Shown here in pieces: positions 39,323 to 50,600 of a DNA stretch of 64,000 nucleotides; positions within the stretch are counted from its first letter, which is position 1; each line of letters opens with the position of its first letter. This stretch comes from Marsupella aquatica. Lineage: Eukaryota > Plantae > Marchantiophyta. Under the pieces are notes generated by a model. That model had not been told where the DNA came from, made no database searches, and saw only the letters and a program-made list of their open reading frames with translations. The DNA is taken from positions 17,925,780 through 17,989,779 of the forward strand of contig OZ316895.1 in the NCBI GenBank assembly GCA_973895155.1. Direction: 5' to 3'. The position numbers and the translations under genes were made by a program.

Positions 39323-41924
39323 CAAGCGATTGTGTGTTGTCAAATCTCATTGATTGTAGATAACTTACAACATTCTCCCTAATTTTTGACTGTAGGATTA
39401 TCTGGCATTGGCAAGGATGACCATGGGGAGAAAAGACTTGAAAAATGTATACTGGTTACTTTTTGCCGAGAATGATCTTTTCGAGTTATGGCGGTTAGTG
39501 TGCCAGATGTGGATTGATGGAAAACTTCCTGATGGGGCTGGTACACAGGGAAACAAAAGGTCCGAAAAGGCGATAACCGTCGCCATGTTTCGTTGTTTTG
39601 ATGGTGAAATCTCAAATAGAGATTTGACCAGAATTTTGAACAAGGTGAAGTCGGGTCAGATTTTATTGAAGAAAGATCCGACTAATAAGTCAGATGTTCC
39701 AGCGATGGAGGAGTTTGCAAAGGAGGTGAAGATATTGATCAAATTGAAGTCTCTTATTGGAGATTACTACTTCAAGAAGGATCCAAAACACTTCCCAGCA
39801 GATACTGATTGGGCTAAAGTGATTGAAGTCCTCCCATTATTGGGTCCCGATTCGGAGTTGAACAGGTGCCGAAGAGCAGCTGGCGATGTATGGTTGACAA
39901 ATTTGTTGAAGTCGAATCATACAAAGGAGAGTGAGATATTGCCAATGACATTGGTGATGCGTCTAGATGATATTTACTATCAAAAGTTTGGCGGTGGGAC
40001 AAGTTCTCGGACCCAGCCGTGGGTCACATTTTTTAGTAACAACCTAATGAAGACTGTGGATCCGGAGTCATTGGAAGAACAATCTCCAACATGCCCTCTT
40101 GCAATTGTTGATTTCAGCCGACTTCAGCAAAAAGAGTGGACTGAAGTTGAGATTTTGGTCCTCTTCCAATATATAGTATAGCTACCACGGAATCCTACCA
40201 TTGTTGTGATGATAACTGTCCATCCGGGTTATCTTGTACTGAATGTCCTAAGCGCTCTTCGTAAATTAGGACATTCAAAAACTCTGAGTATTCACATTGA
40301 GTATGGGAGTTATTACCGAGATGATCAACCTCACCCTCAGGACTCATGTTGGAAGGGAGGAATAGAAGAGGTTATCTTTGCCGGAATTTCTCGCGAGGAG
40401 AACGTCAGCTGGGATGAAGTGTTCAAGCCCAACCAAATGAAACCAAAATGGGTGTACGGTGAAAAGGATACTGATTTCGTGGTTGAGAAGGTCAAGGGAA
40501 AGGGAAAGGCCAAGGACGCGGAGGAGGAGTCATTGCATGAAGATCTAAAAAATATGATGACCCCAGAAGAGGCGGCAATCCTTCTGCACATGGCACCTCG
40601 ATTTGAGACTGTCGGCGCTCGGGGTGGGTGGGTGAATCCTCACGCCAAACCCACACGGATGATCCAAAAGATCATCCAAACACTGTCCGAGCCGGGGGAT
40701 TTGATTCTTGACTTTTTCTCTGGCGGTCAAGTGATGAAGGCATCCCTTTTTTCTCAACGTGAATGTTTTGTTTATTGTGACTCTCAACATGAGAGACATT
40801 TTGTGGAAGCATACGCTTCGTTCCTTTGTGAGAAGGTTCCCACCATCAAAGATCGTTATGATCGCTATGTCGGTGGAAGTTCTAGACATTGGGAACCCTC
40901 TTCTGCCGCTGTTGCTATTGAGGATGAATCAGATGGTGATCAAGAAGATGGAGCTGACCAATCAGTCAAAGACGATGGGCCATCAGAGGCATACGTGAAG
41001 AATTTGGATGACCAAGTTGGCGAGGGTGAAAATATTGACCTTGTGGACGACGATATGATTGTTGGATCTGCACCTTGTAGTTCACCAATTACAGATGCTG
41101 CCCCCATGGGCCCCAACGAGGGCCAATATGATGATAACTTGGATAGAGATGGTCTCCATCCACAAGTGTCTGGACAAGAGATGGAAGTTGATACTTTTGA
41201 AAAACTTTCTTCAAACAACCTTCTCAATCAAGGTGCGGAGAGGCATGGTGAGTCCAATGAACTCGACACATTGGGATTGAGACCACAGCCCATCCAAATA
41301 GCTTACATTCCCGTGAATGAAGCACGTGCATCCACGACTGCTGACAACCAGGCAGGTGCTTCAATTTGTCCCAATACACTCTTTTCCGCTTCTGATGACA
41401 AATTGGTGTTTGTTCGATCACAATCAAGAAGTCCCGTTATCCTTCCACTCTCAAAAAAGAAAGGGAAGAGAGTAGGATCAACTGGATATAAGTCACTTGA
41501 ATATGATTGTCAATGTTACGTGTGGAAAAGTGGACCCGATGTAGGAACTGAAGTTGCGTTGGATGCTGCTCAATCAATTTTGAACAATGACTCGTACAAA
41601 AAGCACAAGAAAGATCCAACTTATAGAAGTGGAGAATTGGGATTGATAACTCCGGTTTGGTCTGCACCTTATTGGGTAGAGGAGAGTACCTCCGATGTCA
41701 ATTATGAGATCCAACAAGAACTCGGTGATGATATCTTGATTGATGAATATGGATCGCATTGTTAGCCACTTGAGGTCTAGATTGAGCGATGTGACCTTAT
41801 CAATTTGATATAATATAGTCTGTATAATTATACTTCAAGTTTAACAATTAGAGCATCAGTATCAATATCCATCTCCTCTTTACGGTTTCTCAATGAATCT
41901 GATCAGTATGCAGATATATTTTCT

Positions 41925-43058
41925 TTGTGGTTGGCCACTTGTGTTGGATTGACAGAGATGATCTCTATCCAAACTTCAAATGTGGTTTTATCTCTAAGAT
42001 TGGTATTTGTTGCACTTGCAGAACCAAGACCTTGTTCCATCAAGCGCAAATTGCTGATTTTGGATCTTAACAAAATACTTTGGGATTCAGTTGAATTCCA
42101 AAGCAAGGGCAAATCCAGAAATGTTGTGATCCCAAGTGGAGTGCATTGGGATAGAAAAAATGGAATTAGTCGCATGTACACAGAAAGGCCAGGGCTCCAT
42201 GAGTTTCTAAAGTTGGTTTTTGACCGATTTGACGTTGCAATTTGGACATGTGCTGGGGTACATCGAACAGTGAAAATGCTGAACATGATGTTCACTCCTG
42301 AGGAGCGGTTGAAACTTAAGTTTGTATTCACACAAGTGGAAGCCTTTGACACAGGCATTCAAAGGCGTGACATTACAAACGGGAAGGCAAATGTGCTACT
42401 GAAGGATTTTCGGGTGGTATGGAGTGGATTTGGAAATCTATATGATGAAACCAACACCCTCCTTGTGGATGACTCCCCCCTTAAGGCATTTGCCAACCCA
42501 AGCATGACCGGACTATTTCTAGTGCCCTACACGCATGCCAATGGTGGAGATAATTTTCTTCTAACAATTCTTTGGCCTTGTCTTGAGAAACTATCCCATG
42601 CAAGTGACATTAGATGTTATCTTCTTCTTAACTCTCCACTGTGGTCTCTATTGCACATAAAGAGAGACAAGGTAAAAAATGAAATTACTTATGATCAACT
42701 TAGTAAGAGATGTGCAACAAAAATTTGGAAGTCACAGTTTACGCATAGTGTGTTGGACCTCAACAGCAATGAGATTCCTTGGAACGTGAAGCATCGTATA
42801 TGTAGTTTACGTCCTGAGGCAGAACTTGACGATGCACTTGTCACGTCACTTGCTAAAGCATTTGTAGGAAGGGACTATTCAGGTCCGCATAGAGAAAATC
42901 CCAGACACTTTTTGCGGGAGATTATAGCCATTAGGAACAACACCACCAAGTTTCAGCTCCCTGAAGATAAAGGGACTTGCAACCGTGACACTAGGGTAGA
43001 TAGTAAAGGAGACAGGGGCACGTGCTCAAATACACATTGTAAGGAGCACTTTGTTTAG
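41925..43058 (+). CDS. FCP1/NIF-family HAD phosphatase-like protein (true start probably via a splice acceptor near 42021)
   Basis: KLLILDLNKILWDS (motif I variant), ERPGLHEFL…FDVAIWTCA, LLKDFRVVW, TNTLLVDDSPLKAFANP. Confidence 0.85.
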   Translation: MWLATCVGLTEMISIQTSNVVLSLRLVFVALAEPRPCSIKRKLLILDLNKILWDSVEFQSKGKSRNVVIPSGVHWDRKNGISRMYTERPGLHEFLKLVFDRFDVAIWTCAGVHRTVKMLNMMFTPEERLKLKFVFTQVEAFDTGIQRRDITNGKANVLLKDFRVVWSGFGNLYDETNTLLVDDSPLKAFANPSMTGLFLVPYTHANGGDNFLLTILWPCLEKLSHASDIRCYLLLNSPLWSLLHIKRDKVKNEITYDQLSKRCATKIWKSQFTHSVLDLNSNEIPWNVKHRICSLRPEAELDDALVTSLAKAFVGRDYSGPHRENPRHFLREIIAIRNNTTKFQLPEDKGTCNRDTRVDSKGDRGTCSNTHCKEHFV

Positions 43059-43321
43059 AGATATGACTCATGTTAAGCCCCTTAGATAGAAGAAATACAT
43101 TGTAAATTTGGAGATAATTGTATATTATTTTATAATCTATTTGGAGTTATGTCATTTTGTTCACACATATTCAAGGGTTTATTTGTGCTGAAATGTTTTT
43201 ATAAGTATGATCTCTATCCTACTATTCTTTGTGAATTCATAAATAATGATCTCTATCCTATTATTCTTTGTGAATCAATAAATGATATAATATGTATTAT
43301 TTATTAATATAATACTTATAT

Positions 43322-43412
43322 GATTTGGCCTATAAAGTGTACATTTGGAGACCAAAAAGTGTACATTTGGGTTTCTTAAAGTGTACATTTGGGGACATGA
43401 AAGTGTACATTT
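43322..43412. repeat. Right subterminal repeat array AAAGTGTACATTT (4 copies)
   Basis: Same motif as the left array, in the same plus-strand orientation. Confidence 0.9.
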
Positions 43413-43467
43413 CAAGACTGATTTGTGAACAAAAGAAAAGACACTTTTAATGAATAGGCTGATAATC

Positions 43468-44966
43468 CCACAATCTAAGGTACCAGGGTTTGCCATAAAT
43501 CTACTCAAAATGCTAACGGCGTGGGCAATGTCAGGTCTAGTGCATGTCATTGCATACATCAAACTACCCACAACACTATCATAGGGAACCTGTTTCACGC
43601 CAGTCTATCACTCTCACTAGAAGGGCAATCATTTTTTGAGAGTTTAAAGTGGGAAGCCAATGGAGTACCAACTGGTTTTGCATTCTCCATCCCATACTTG
43701 GCAAGTACTTTCTCTAAATACTGCCTTTGAGACAACCATAATTGTCTCTGCTCCCTATCACGATGAATCTCCATCCCTAGAATCTTCTTGGCCTGACCCA
43801 AGTCCTTCATTGAAAACTCCTTACTCAACATTGCTTTTAGATGGGCAACATTAGACTTATTCTCAGCCAAGATTAGCATGTCATCCACGTACAGTGCCAG
43901 CACAATGTAACCAAAGCATGAGTAATTCTCCATCTCCTTCTTGTAAATACAACAATCATGTTCACTCCGTGTGAACCCCTGTGATAACATGAAGGAATCA
44001 AAATGCTTATTCCATTGTTTGGGACTCTGCTTCAATCCGTATAACGAGCGCAAGAGCTGACACACTAAGTGTCTGGTCTTCTTGTCAATAAAACCTGGAG
44101 GCTGAGCCATATAAATCTCCACATCAAGCAATCCATGCAGGAAAGCAGTAATTACATCCATTTGATCTAACTCAAGATCATAGAATGCCACAATTGCAAG
44201 TAAAACACGGATAGTAGCGAGTTTGACAATTGATGAGAAAATCTCTGTGTAGTCCAAGCCCTCCTTCTGGGTGTACCCTTTGGCCACAAGGCGTGCCTTG
44301 TAAGTGCCATCCTGCTTCTTCTTGTACAACCATCTACACGGAACCAGTGTCTTCCCACGAGGCATGTCCACTAAGCGCCAAGTTGAATTCTTCTTCAAAG
44401 AATTCATCTCCTTCAACATTGCCTCCATCCACTTATCCTTCTCTGGAGAGGCCATAGCTTCTTCATAGCTAGAGGGGTCTCCATCTTCAGTGAGCAATAT
44501 AACACTAGGATCATCGTTATGCTCAACAATGTGAACACGAGGATCTGCAAAACCAAATCTATCAGGGTGTTGGCCAAGATTGGCCCTTGTGGAGCGCCTC
44601 AATTGAGGAATTGCACCTCTACCAGAGGGACCAGCAGCTTCCTCAACACCATCAAGCTCCACGTAGTGGGTTCCTCCACCTGCTCCTCCTGATCATCCCG
44701 GGTTCTTGACAACCATTCTTCATCAAAAACAACATTTCTGCTCACAACTACCTTGCAATCGACAGGGACCCACAATTTGTAGCCCTTCTGCCCCAGACTA
44801 AAGCCTAGAAAAATACATTTCTTAGACTTGGGATCCAACTTAGACCTGTGTGTCTGCTCAATGTGAACATAGGCAGCACACCCAAAAACTCGGAGTCTAG
44901 AGTAATCAGTAGGTCTCTTATACCACAACTCAAATGGAGTCTGCATCAACTTACTACTGTGCGGTG
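43468..44966 (-). pseudogene. Copia integrase C-terminus and reverse transcriptase
   Basis: LRVFGCAAYVHI…SKLDPKSKKCIFLG, YKARLVAKGYTQKEGLDY, SLYGLKQSPKQW, LYVDDML, VGSLMYAMTCTRPDIA. Contains frameshifts, a stop and a small deletion. Confidence 0.93.
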
Positions 44967-47602
44967 TGTGACACGGGTAACGTGTCACTTGACCGAACCC
45001 AGGTCGTAGATTAGGACTTATACGGTCATTAGGACCGTAGCCATAGTGTAGAATAGCACGTATAGCCGTCTGTTGCCATTATGATTAGATTAGGAGTAGG
45101 TTAAGATGATCGAATCATTACGAGTTAAGGAAGGGATTATTACGCGCGACCGAGGTACGGTGGCGGCAGCGGAGTAAAAATCAGTTAGAAGAAACACGCT
45201 TGGACCGAGGTGCCAACTTCAGCTCGCTATCAATGACCAAAACGGCCTGGCCTTCTCACGCTCGGGCTCATCCTGGCACCTCCATAAGAGAGGAGCCGAT
45301 GGTGCTGCGGGCCATTTGCTCATGTCTACCTTTCTTTGACTTCGCGGACGTTGCCACCCACTCGCCCTGCTGATCAAATCGAGTCGACCTTTACAAGGAG
45401 ATTATCGAGGGAGAAGAGCGGAATGTGGCAAGATTTAGTTAGGACGAGCGAGGCCTCCACGAGACAGAGGACCAGCCGGGTGGGAACGCGGACTCAACGA
45501 ACCGGACTACGAGGTTAGTATGACCCTCACAGCCTTGGGATTTTGGACCTTGTTTGGCGAGGTAGGTGCTAAGTTCTCCGAGACTTACTGGTACTCTTGC
45601 CCCGAGAAATCCGCTTACGAACGAAGATACGCGAGGCTGGTGACCAAGGTAGCACTGGTTAATTGCGAAAGAACAGCCATCACCAAGGCTCAGCAGACAA
45701 TGGGAAGCGGCGCGTAATCTTACGTTCCTCGGGGAAAGCTCCAACGCCTTCAACTGGGATATGGCTACCCCGATATCACCAGTGCCTCAACCGATGACCA
45801 TCGGAGTACCGCCGAACCAGTCCCAAGTCCGTCCAGTAATCAACACGGAGTGTTCTTTGGGTTCCGAGCGAGCTAGTCCGCAACTCAAACAGTGTCCTTG
45901 TAAGCGGCCAAGGACTACGACGGCCCCCGAATCAACACAGACCGACGCCGCGCCTGCACCTGCCCCGGCAAACCCCCCGACCAACCAGACCCGATGGCCC
46001 CCGGATAACCCGAAGTCCAACTTATTACAGGTAATCCGCGTCCCCGAAGTGGTTTGGATCGCGATCAAGAAACTCGAACATGCAGACTATCTCAAGGAGC
46101 ATCAGTTGGAGCAGTTCGCCCACTTGCTATGGAGGCCGTGCGCCACCGGGCCGAAGGAGATTTGTGAGTTCATCTCCAATTTCGACACTGACGCGTCGAC
46201 CACCAAGGTTTCGGGGCAGGCCTTATCACTCACGGAGCATCGGTTAACGCAAATCTTCTGCCTACCAACCGGGCCGGTGCCGGTGGAAATCCGAATTTGG
46301 GATAAGGAGTATACGCCGCGACACTTCAAACCCGAGGGTAAGACGGACAACGGATACAAGCAGGGGGCGTGCACCAACTTAACCTGTATGGAGCGGCTTA
46401 ACTTCATACGGACTACCCTACACATGATTGAGCCACGATCCGAGATTTCCCTCTGCACGATCGTGCAGGTGGAACAGTACAAGCGACGAAACTGGGCCCA
46501 ATTCTTCTACCGAAGATTCTCGGGGGAGCTGAAGCGGGCTCAGGGTGGTATGGCTATTGGGGGGAAGACTTACTTAGGAAGTCATATCGCCATTATCCTC
46601 GCCTGGTACAAGGCACGGCGGGAGGCCAGAGGAAAAAATATGGCCACCTCAGCCTCGGGTAATGTCACCCCCGCCCCAGAGGAGGCAACCCCGACTACGC
46701 GGACTACCGTCCCTCGGGCAAACCCCGAGCCGGAAGCCCCGACTAATACTCCGCCACCTCCTCCTGTGGAAATTCCACCGCCCCCTTCCGTTGAGCCTCC
46801 ACTACCCGCAGTGCAACCACCCCCAATCCCTCCACCACCTGAAGATATCTTCCCCTCCCCAGCGCTGACTACAGAGGAGATCGTTGCTCCACCCGAGGAG
46901 CCACCGGTACCCGAGAGGATGGAGGACTACCAAGTAGCCCCGGGGACCATGGCCTACGACCTGGTCCAGAAGTTTAGCCAGACTATGTCTGGGGAGCTAG
47001 CAACATACATCGGACAACAAGTCTCGGCGTACTTTCAACCAGCCTTCTTCATGTTAGAGCACCAACCACGGATCGTAAGCCGCCTGGAAGAAGATCTCAT
47101 GGCGAAGGGGAATGAGATCGGGCGCCTCCAGATGTTGGTAGAGCACCTCGAGGAGGAGGCAACAACCCGACGCGAGGAGTTAGTCCGCACCGTCAAATAG
47201 AGGGACGGACTAAACCAGGAGCTAAGCGGAGCGCAAGTCGAACTCAAGAAGCTGGATGACACTGTGCTTCAATTACGCTCAGGGCAGCACAGCAGGTGGC
47301 TAGTCTCTCCGCCGAATGAGATAAATTGCTAGCACAGGACCAGATCCATCGCAACTCCATCGACCAGCTCAATTTGGAGGTAGCACGGCTCCAGACCAAG
47401 GTCGATGAAGCTGCAAATGAGGCGGAGGAGGCGGTACGGGACAACAAGGCCTTGCAGGACCGCATTACCCTGCTCATCCTCCAGCGGGGAAAACCTGGGC
47501 CCACCTCTAATCAAGGCAGCTCGAGGTCTCGTCCCGACAAGGGGACCAGCCTTGGTCCAACCACCTCACACACGTAAGGGGTGGTTAGCGAAGGGTGGAA
47601 GC
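44967..47602 (+). mobile_element. 5' part of an ORF-bearing large gypsy-type LTR inserted in the copia integrase, itself interrupted at 47603
   Basis: Starts TGTGACAC where the copia frame breaks. Promoter-like CATAAGAGAGGAGCCGAT (about 45283) matches TATAAAAGGGAGCCGAT of the 6981-10943 LTR. Carries a homologous ORF. Confidence 0.75.
45520..47577 (+). pseudogene. LTR-encoded accessory protein (fragmented: 45520-45717, 45761-47200, 47326-47577)
   Basis: Homologous to the 7875-10469 gene at the N-terminus (GFWTLF/RF*TQF), in the central domain and in the coiled-coil tail. Confidence 0.8.
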
Positions 47603-50600
47603 TGTGGTGCGTCCCATGGCTCCCTAAACCCAAGAAACCCCCCAGCTCAAGCCGATTCCCGCAGGTTTTGTGCTTGGCGAGGCCGTTTCCGCGGCTTAGC
47701 GGCATGGGACGCTGCTAACCTTCTACTACTACTATTAACATTTTACACACATATACTGGACAGATCCTTCATCGGGTCATGAGATACGTAGCCGGCCTAA
47801 TATAGGCCTTCCCCTGTCTTCCCCTGTCTTCCCCTCCGTCTTGTTAGGTATGTTTGGATTCCGCCGCCGGAATGATCCCCAATAGGCTTGGTTAAGCCGC
47901 TAAGACCTCTCTCAGCTCGACACATCCAACTCTTACTCCCCTGCTTACTTTCCTTCCTTCTGTTGATGTGGGCACTCTTCACACAAGTTAATGCGACACA
48001 CAAATAGCAAAATGACTCATTCTGACTGAGTCATACCATGCACTTGCCATACAAACAGTACATCTCATACACAAGTTCTGCGAACTAAGCCGTGAGGCCA
48101 ACTCTATTCAGCTCTTAGGCATGAGGAAACAAGAATATACACAAGGGTCACTGTATGACTAACCGAGAGCTTCTCGTACTACTTGATCCCAGCCCGGCTG
48201 GTGCAAACTAAAAACTTGCTAAAGAAGAGGCCCTGAGCTCCCCGCTGCCCAGGTACTTATCCTGGTAGTGGATCCGCCATTCTTTGCATCGTAAGCCTAA
48301 TCTACTTAACAGTAATCTACTTGCCCGAATCTACCTATGTACAGCAAGGCAGGAGCACAAGTGTTGCTCCTACCAGTGGGACCGCAATCCCACTAAGCTA
48401 AGTGTCAGGGCCGCTCCTGGTTCTGATCCTAATCCTAAACGTGGAGATCCGCGCCCGCCCTGCCCACTCACGCCTCCTCCCTCCACGTCCGCCCTCCCTA
48501 AAAGGAACGGCGCCCTTGCACCGTCACGACACCGGTGGTGGATCCTTAATGGACGCCCCCAACGCTTCCTCCTCAGCCACTGCCGTAGGCTCATTCCCTG
48601 ACAGATTACCTGCCCTTGACTGAGTCAACTCTCCATCGGCCTGATTGGGTCCACCATCGGCGTCGGCATCGGCTCGAGAATCGGTTACGGCCTCAGCCTC
48701 GGCTACGGTCTCCCCGGCCTGCTCAAGAGGCGGATCTGGAATACTGGCCTCCTTACTGAGTAGTTCGGCTTGGGCCGCACCATCCCTACCTGTGATCATA
48801 GCGGGATCTATTGCCGTATTCATGTCGGAGGATGGTGCTGGTTCTACCTCTTTGGTCACCACGGCTTGTGGAGTCGGATTACTCCTTGACCCTGAAGGTT
48901 TCCGCTTTTTCTTCTTTTCTGGTTCGGCAGCTGGTCCCTTCCCCTTCCCACTTACCTCCGGCACTGGTGCAGTTGGCGCGGCTTTTTCTTCGGCCAGTAC
49001 CACTCCTGGTAACTTGGTTGCCCCAATTGGAGTTGGGCCTGATGAAGACAAGCACCTAAATACTGCGGCTTGTTTCTTCAGCCGCTCCGTTTGGTTGTCG
49101 GCCCGCCGCTGGAGGTTCTCCATCTTCCTCGTGATTTCCTCCAACTCCTCCTGGGTCTCATCCAGGTCCTTGCGTGCCTCCTCTAGTTCCTTCTGGGCTT
49201 CCTCCCGTTCTTGTTTCAAGGTAGTCCTCTCCTCCTGGGTTGCTTTTAGCTCCTTGTCGAGCTCTGCAATGATGACAGACTCCATCTGGTTCATCTTGGC
49301 GTAAGTCTGTTCGAGCATCTCGTCCTTCTCCCTTAGGTCGGCCTTAAAGCTGGCCGTCAGGGACGCAAGCTCCTGCTGCAGCGCCATAATCCCTTGATAG
49401 GATTTCCCTAACTCGGCCTCCTTCTGCTCAAGGGCTCCGCGGATTTTCTCGAGCTCCCCTTTCAATGCCCATTCCTTTCTTTGGGTCTCCGCCATGGCCC
49501 GGCTGTTGGCTGTTATGTGGGCCTCCTCTGTATTCTTCAGCTCTTGCTTCCACTTCTCCCTCTCTTTGATCGTGTCGGCCAACTCTTCCTGTGTCTGAGT
49601 CAGTTTATCCTTGATATTCTGATTATCAGCCTGCGCGGTGTCCAACTGCCCCTGCATGATGTTCAGCTCATGTCGTTTAATCCGCAGTTCATCTTGGGCT
49701 TTCTTGGCCGCCCTTAGATCTTCAATCTCGGCTTCCATCCTCCTAAGCCGCCGAATGACCTCGTCCTTCTTGCTTCTCTCTAAAGCCACCGCTTCTTCTA
49801 ATTGGTGCTTCTCCAACTGCTCCCTATGGAAAAAGGGTCCTACCTCCAACTCCTCTCCAAAGATGCCGAGCGCAAGTTCCCCACACATCTCACCATACTC
49901 CATGGCTCTATTCTTAGCGTAGGTGGAGTAAGTAGAAGTGATCGGCATCGCCCATCGCGGCCTCTGCTCCCAAGCCGTCCTGCGGATCTCTTCAATCGTG
50001 GCTAGAGGTTTGCTTCCTTTTTTGGCTAGCCGCCTGATGTCCTCCGGCCAATCTCCTCCTGGTAAATCCTTTTCCTTAGCCAGGGCGGCCTCCTCCTCCT
50101 GCTTGATTCGCTCCTGAAATTCCTGCACCGTCTGTTTTATGCCGTCGAAGCTCGGGGGAGCAACATCTGGTGGGGGAGACTCAGGGCTACTCTGCTGGTT
50201 GGGGTCCCCTCGCACTACCCTTGGAAGTGTGGGGACAAACCGGCCACAGGTCCTTACTCCTGGAACGTGATGGTCCGACCCATAGCCGGAATTATCATGG
50301 TTGCAGTCCTCCACTGCCTCCTCTACCTCTTGGACGTCCGGCTTCTCCCTCTCCTCTTCGTCGGTAGGAGCTTCAGGCAATTCTGCCTCAGATTCGGAGC
50401 TTGAGGTTCCCACGTACATTCGAACACTTGGCTTGGATTCCGGCCTGATTCTCTCCTTGTCTCCAGCAAAGGGGTTTTCTCTTGTGAGCCGGTGTAGGCC
50501 TACCTCTGTAGTAGTGTCCTGCATTGTTGCCGTTGCCGTTGTTGTTGCCGATGCCGATTTCTTTTCTTTTTCCAGTAGTTTCAGCAGACTCTGCATGCCT

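Larger units (their letters stand above)
36845..41765 (+). pseudogene. ParB-like domain + beta-class amino (N4C/N6A) DNA methyltransferase-like fusion gene; intron-containing, one in-frame stop
   Basis: Exons 36845-36974 / 37471-~37680 (a frameshift or a 43-nt intron 37638-37680) / 37681-39057 / 39396-41765. ParB-like IFSIPVEKI…YRMLNSAHVKHIAESM…FLAVSGQHSARAA. MTase-like VNPHAKPTRMIQKIIQTLSEPGDLILDFFSGG…RECFVYCD. TAG at 40179-40181 is in frame between ORFs 39408 and 40206. Confidence 0.75.
30753..43463. mobile_element. 12.7-kb TIR DNA transposon (Sola-like DDD transposase) with two cargo genes
   Basis: Perfect 23-bp TIRs ATCAGCCTATTCATTAAAAGTGT (30753-30775 and 43441-43463) and 4-bp TSD AATC (30749-30752, 43464-43467). 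Excision restores the copia frame GTLDCGILFDGK. Confidence 0.93.
29876..44966 (-). mobile_element. Ty1/copia retrotransposon (3' part: INT-RT-RH-PPT-3'LTR), hosting nested insertions
   Basis: 3' LTR 29876-30172 with PPT (AAGGTGGAGAT on the minus strand), RNase H, RT (YVDDML) and integrase C-terminus. Interrupted at 30753-43463 and at 44967. Confidence 0.9.

Noticed and set aside
30755-43461. Alternative boundary: 21-bp TIR starting CAGCC with a 2-bp AT TSD
   Set aside because: That empty site gives GIMILF. The 4-bp AATC TSD model restores the canonical copia GILFD frame.
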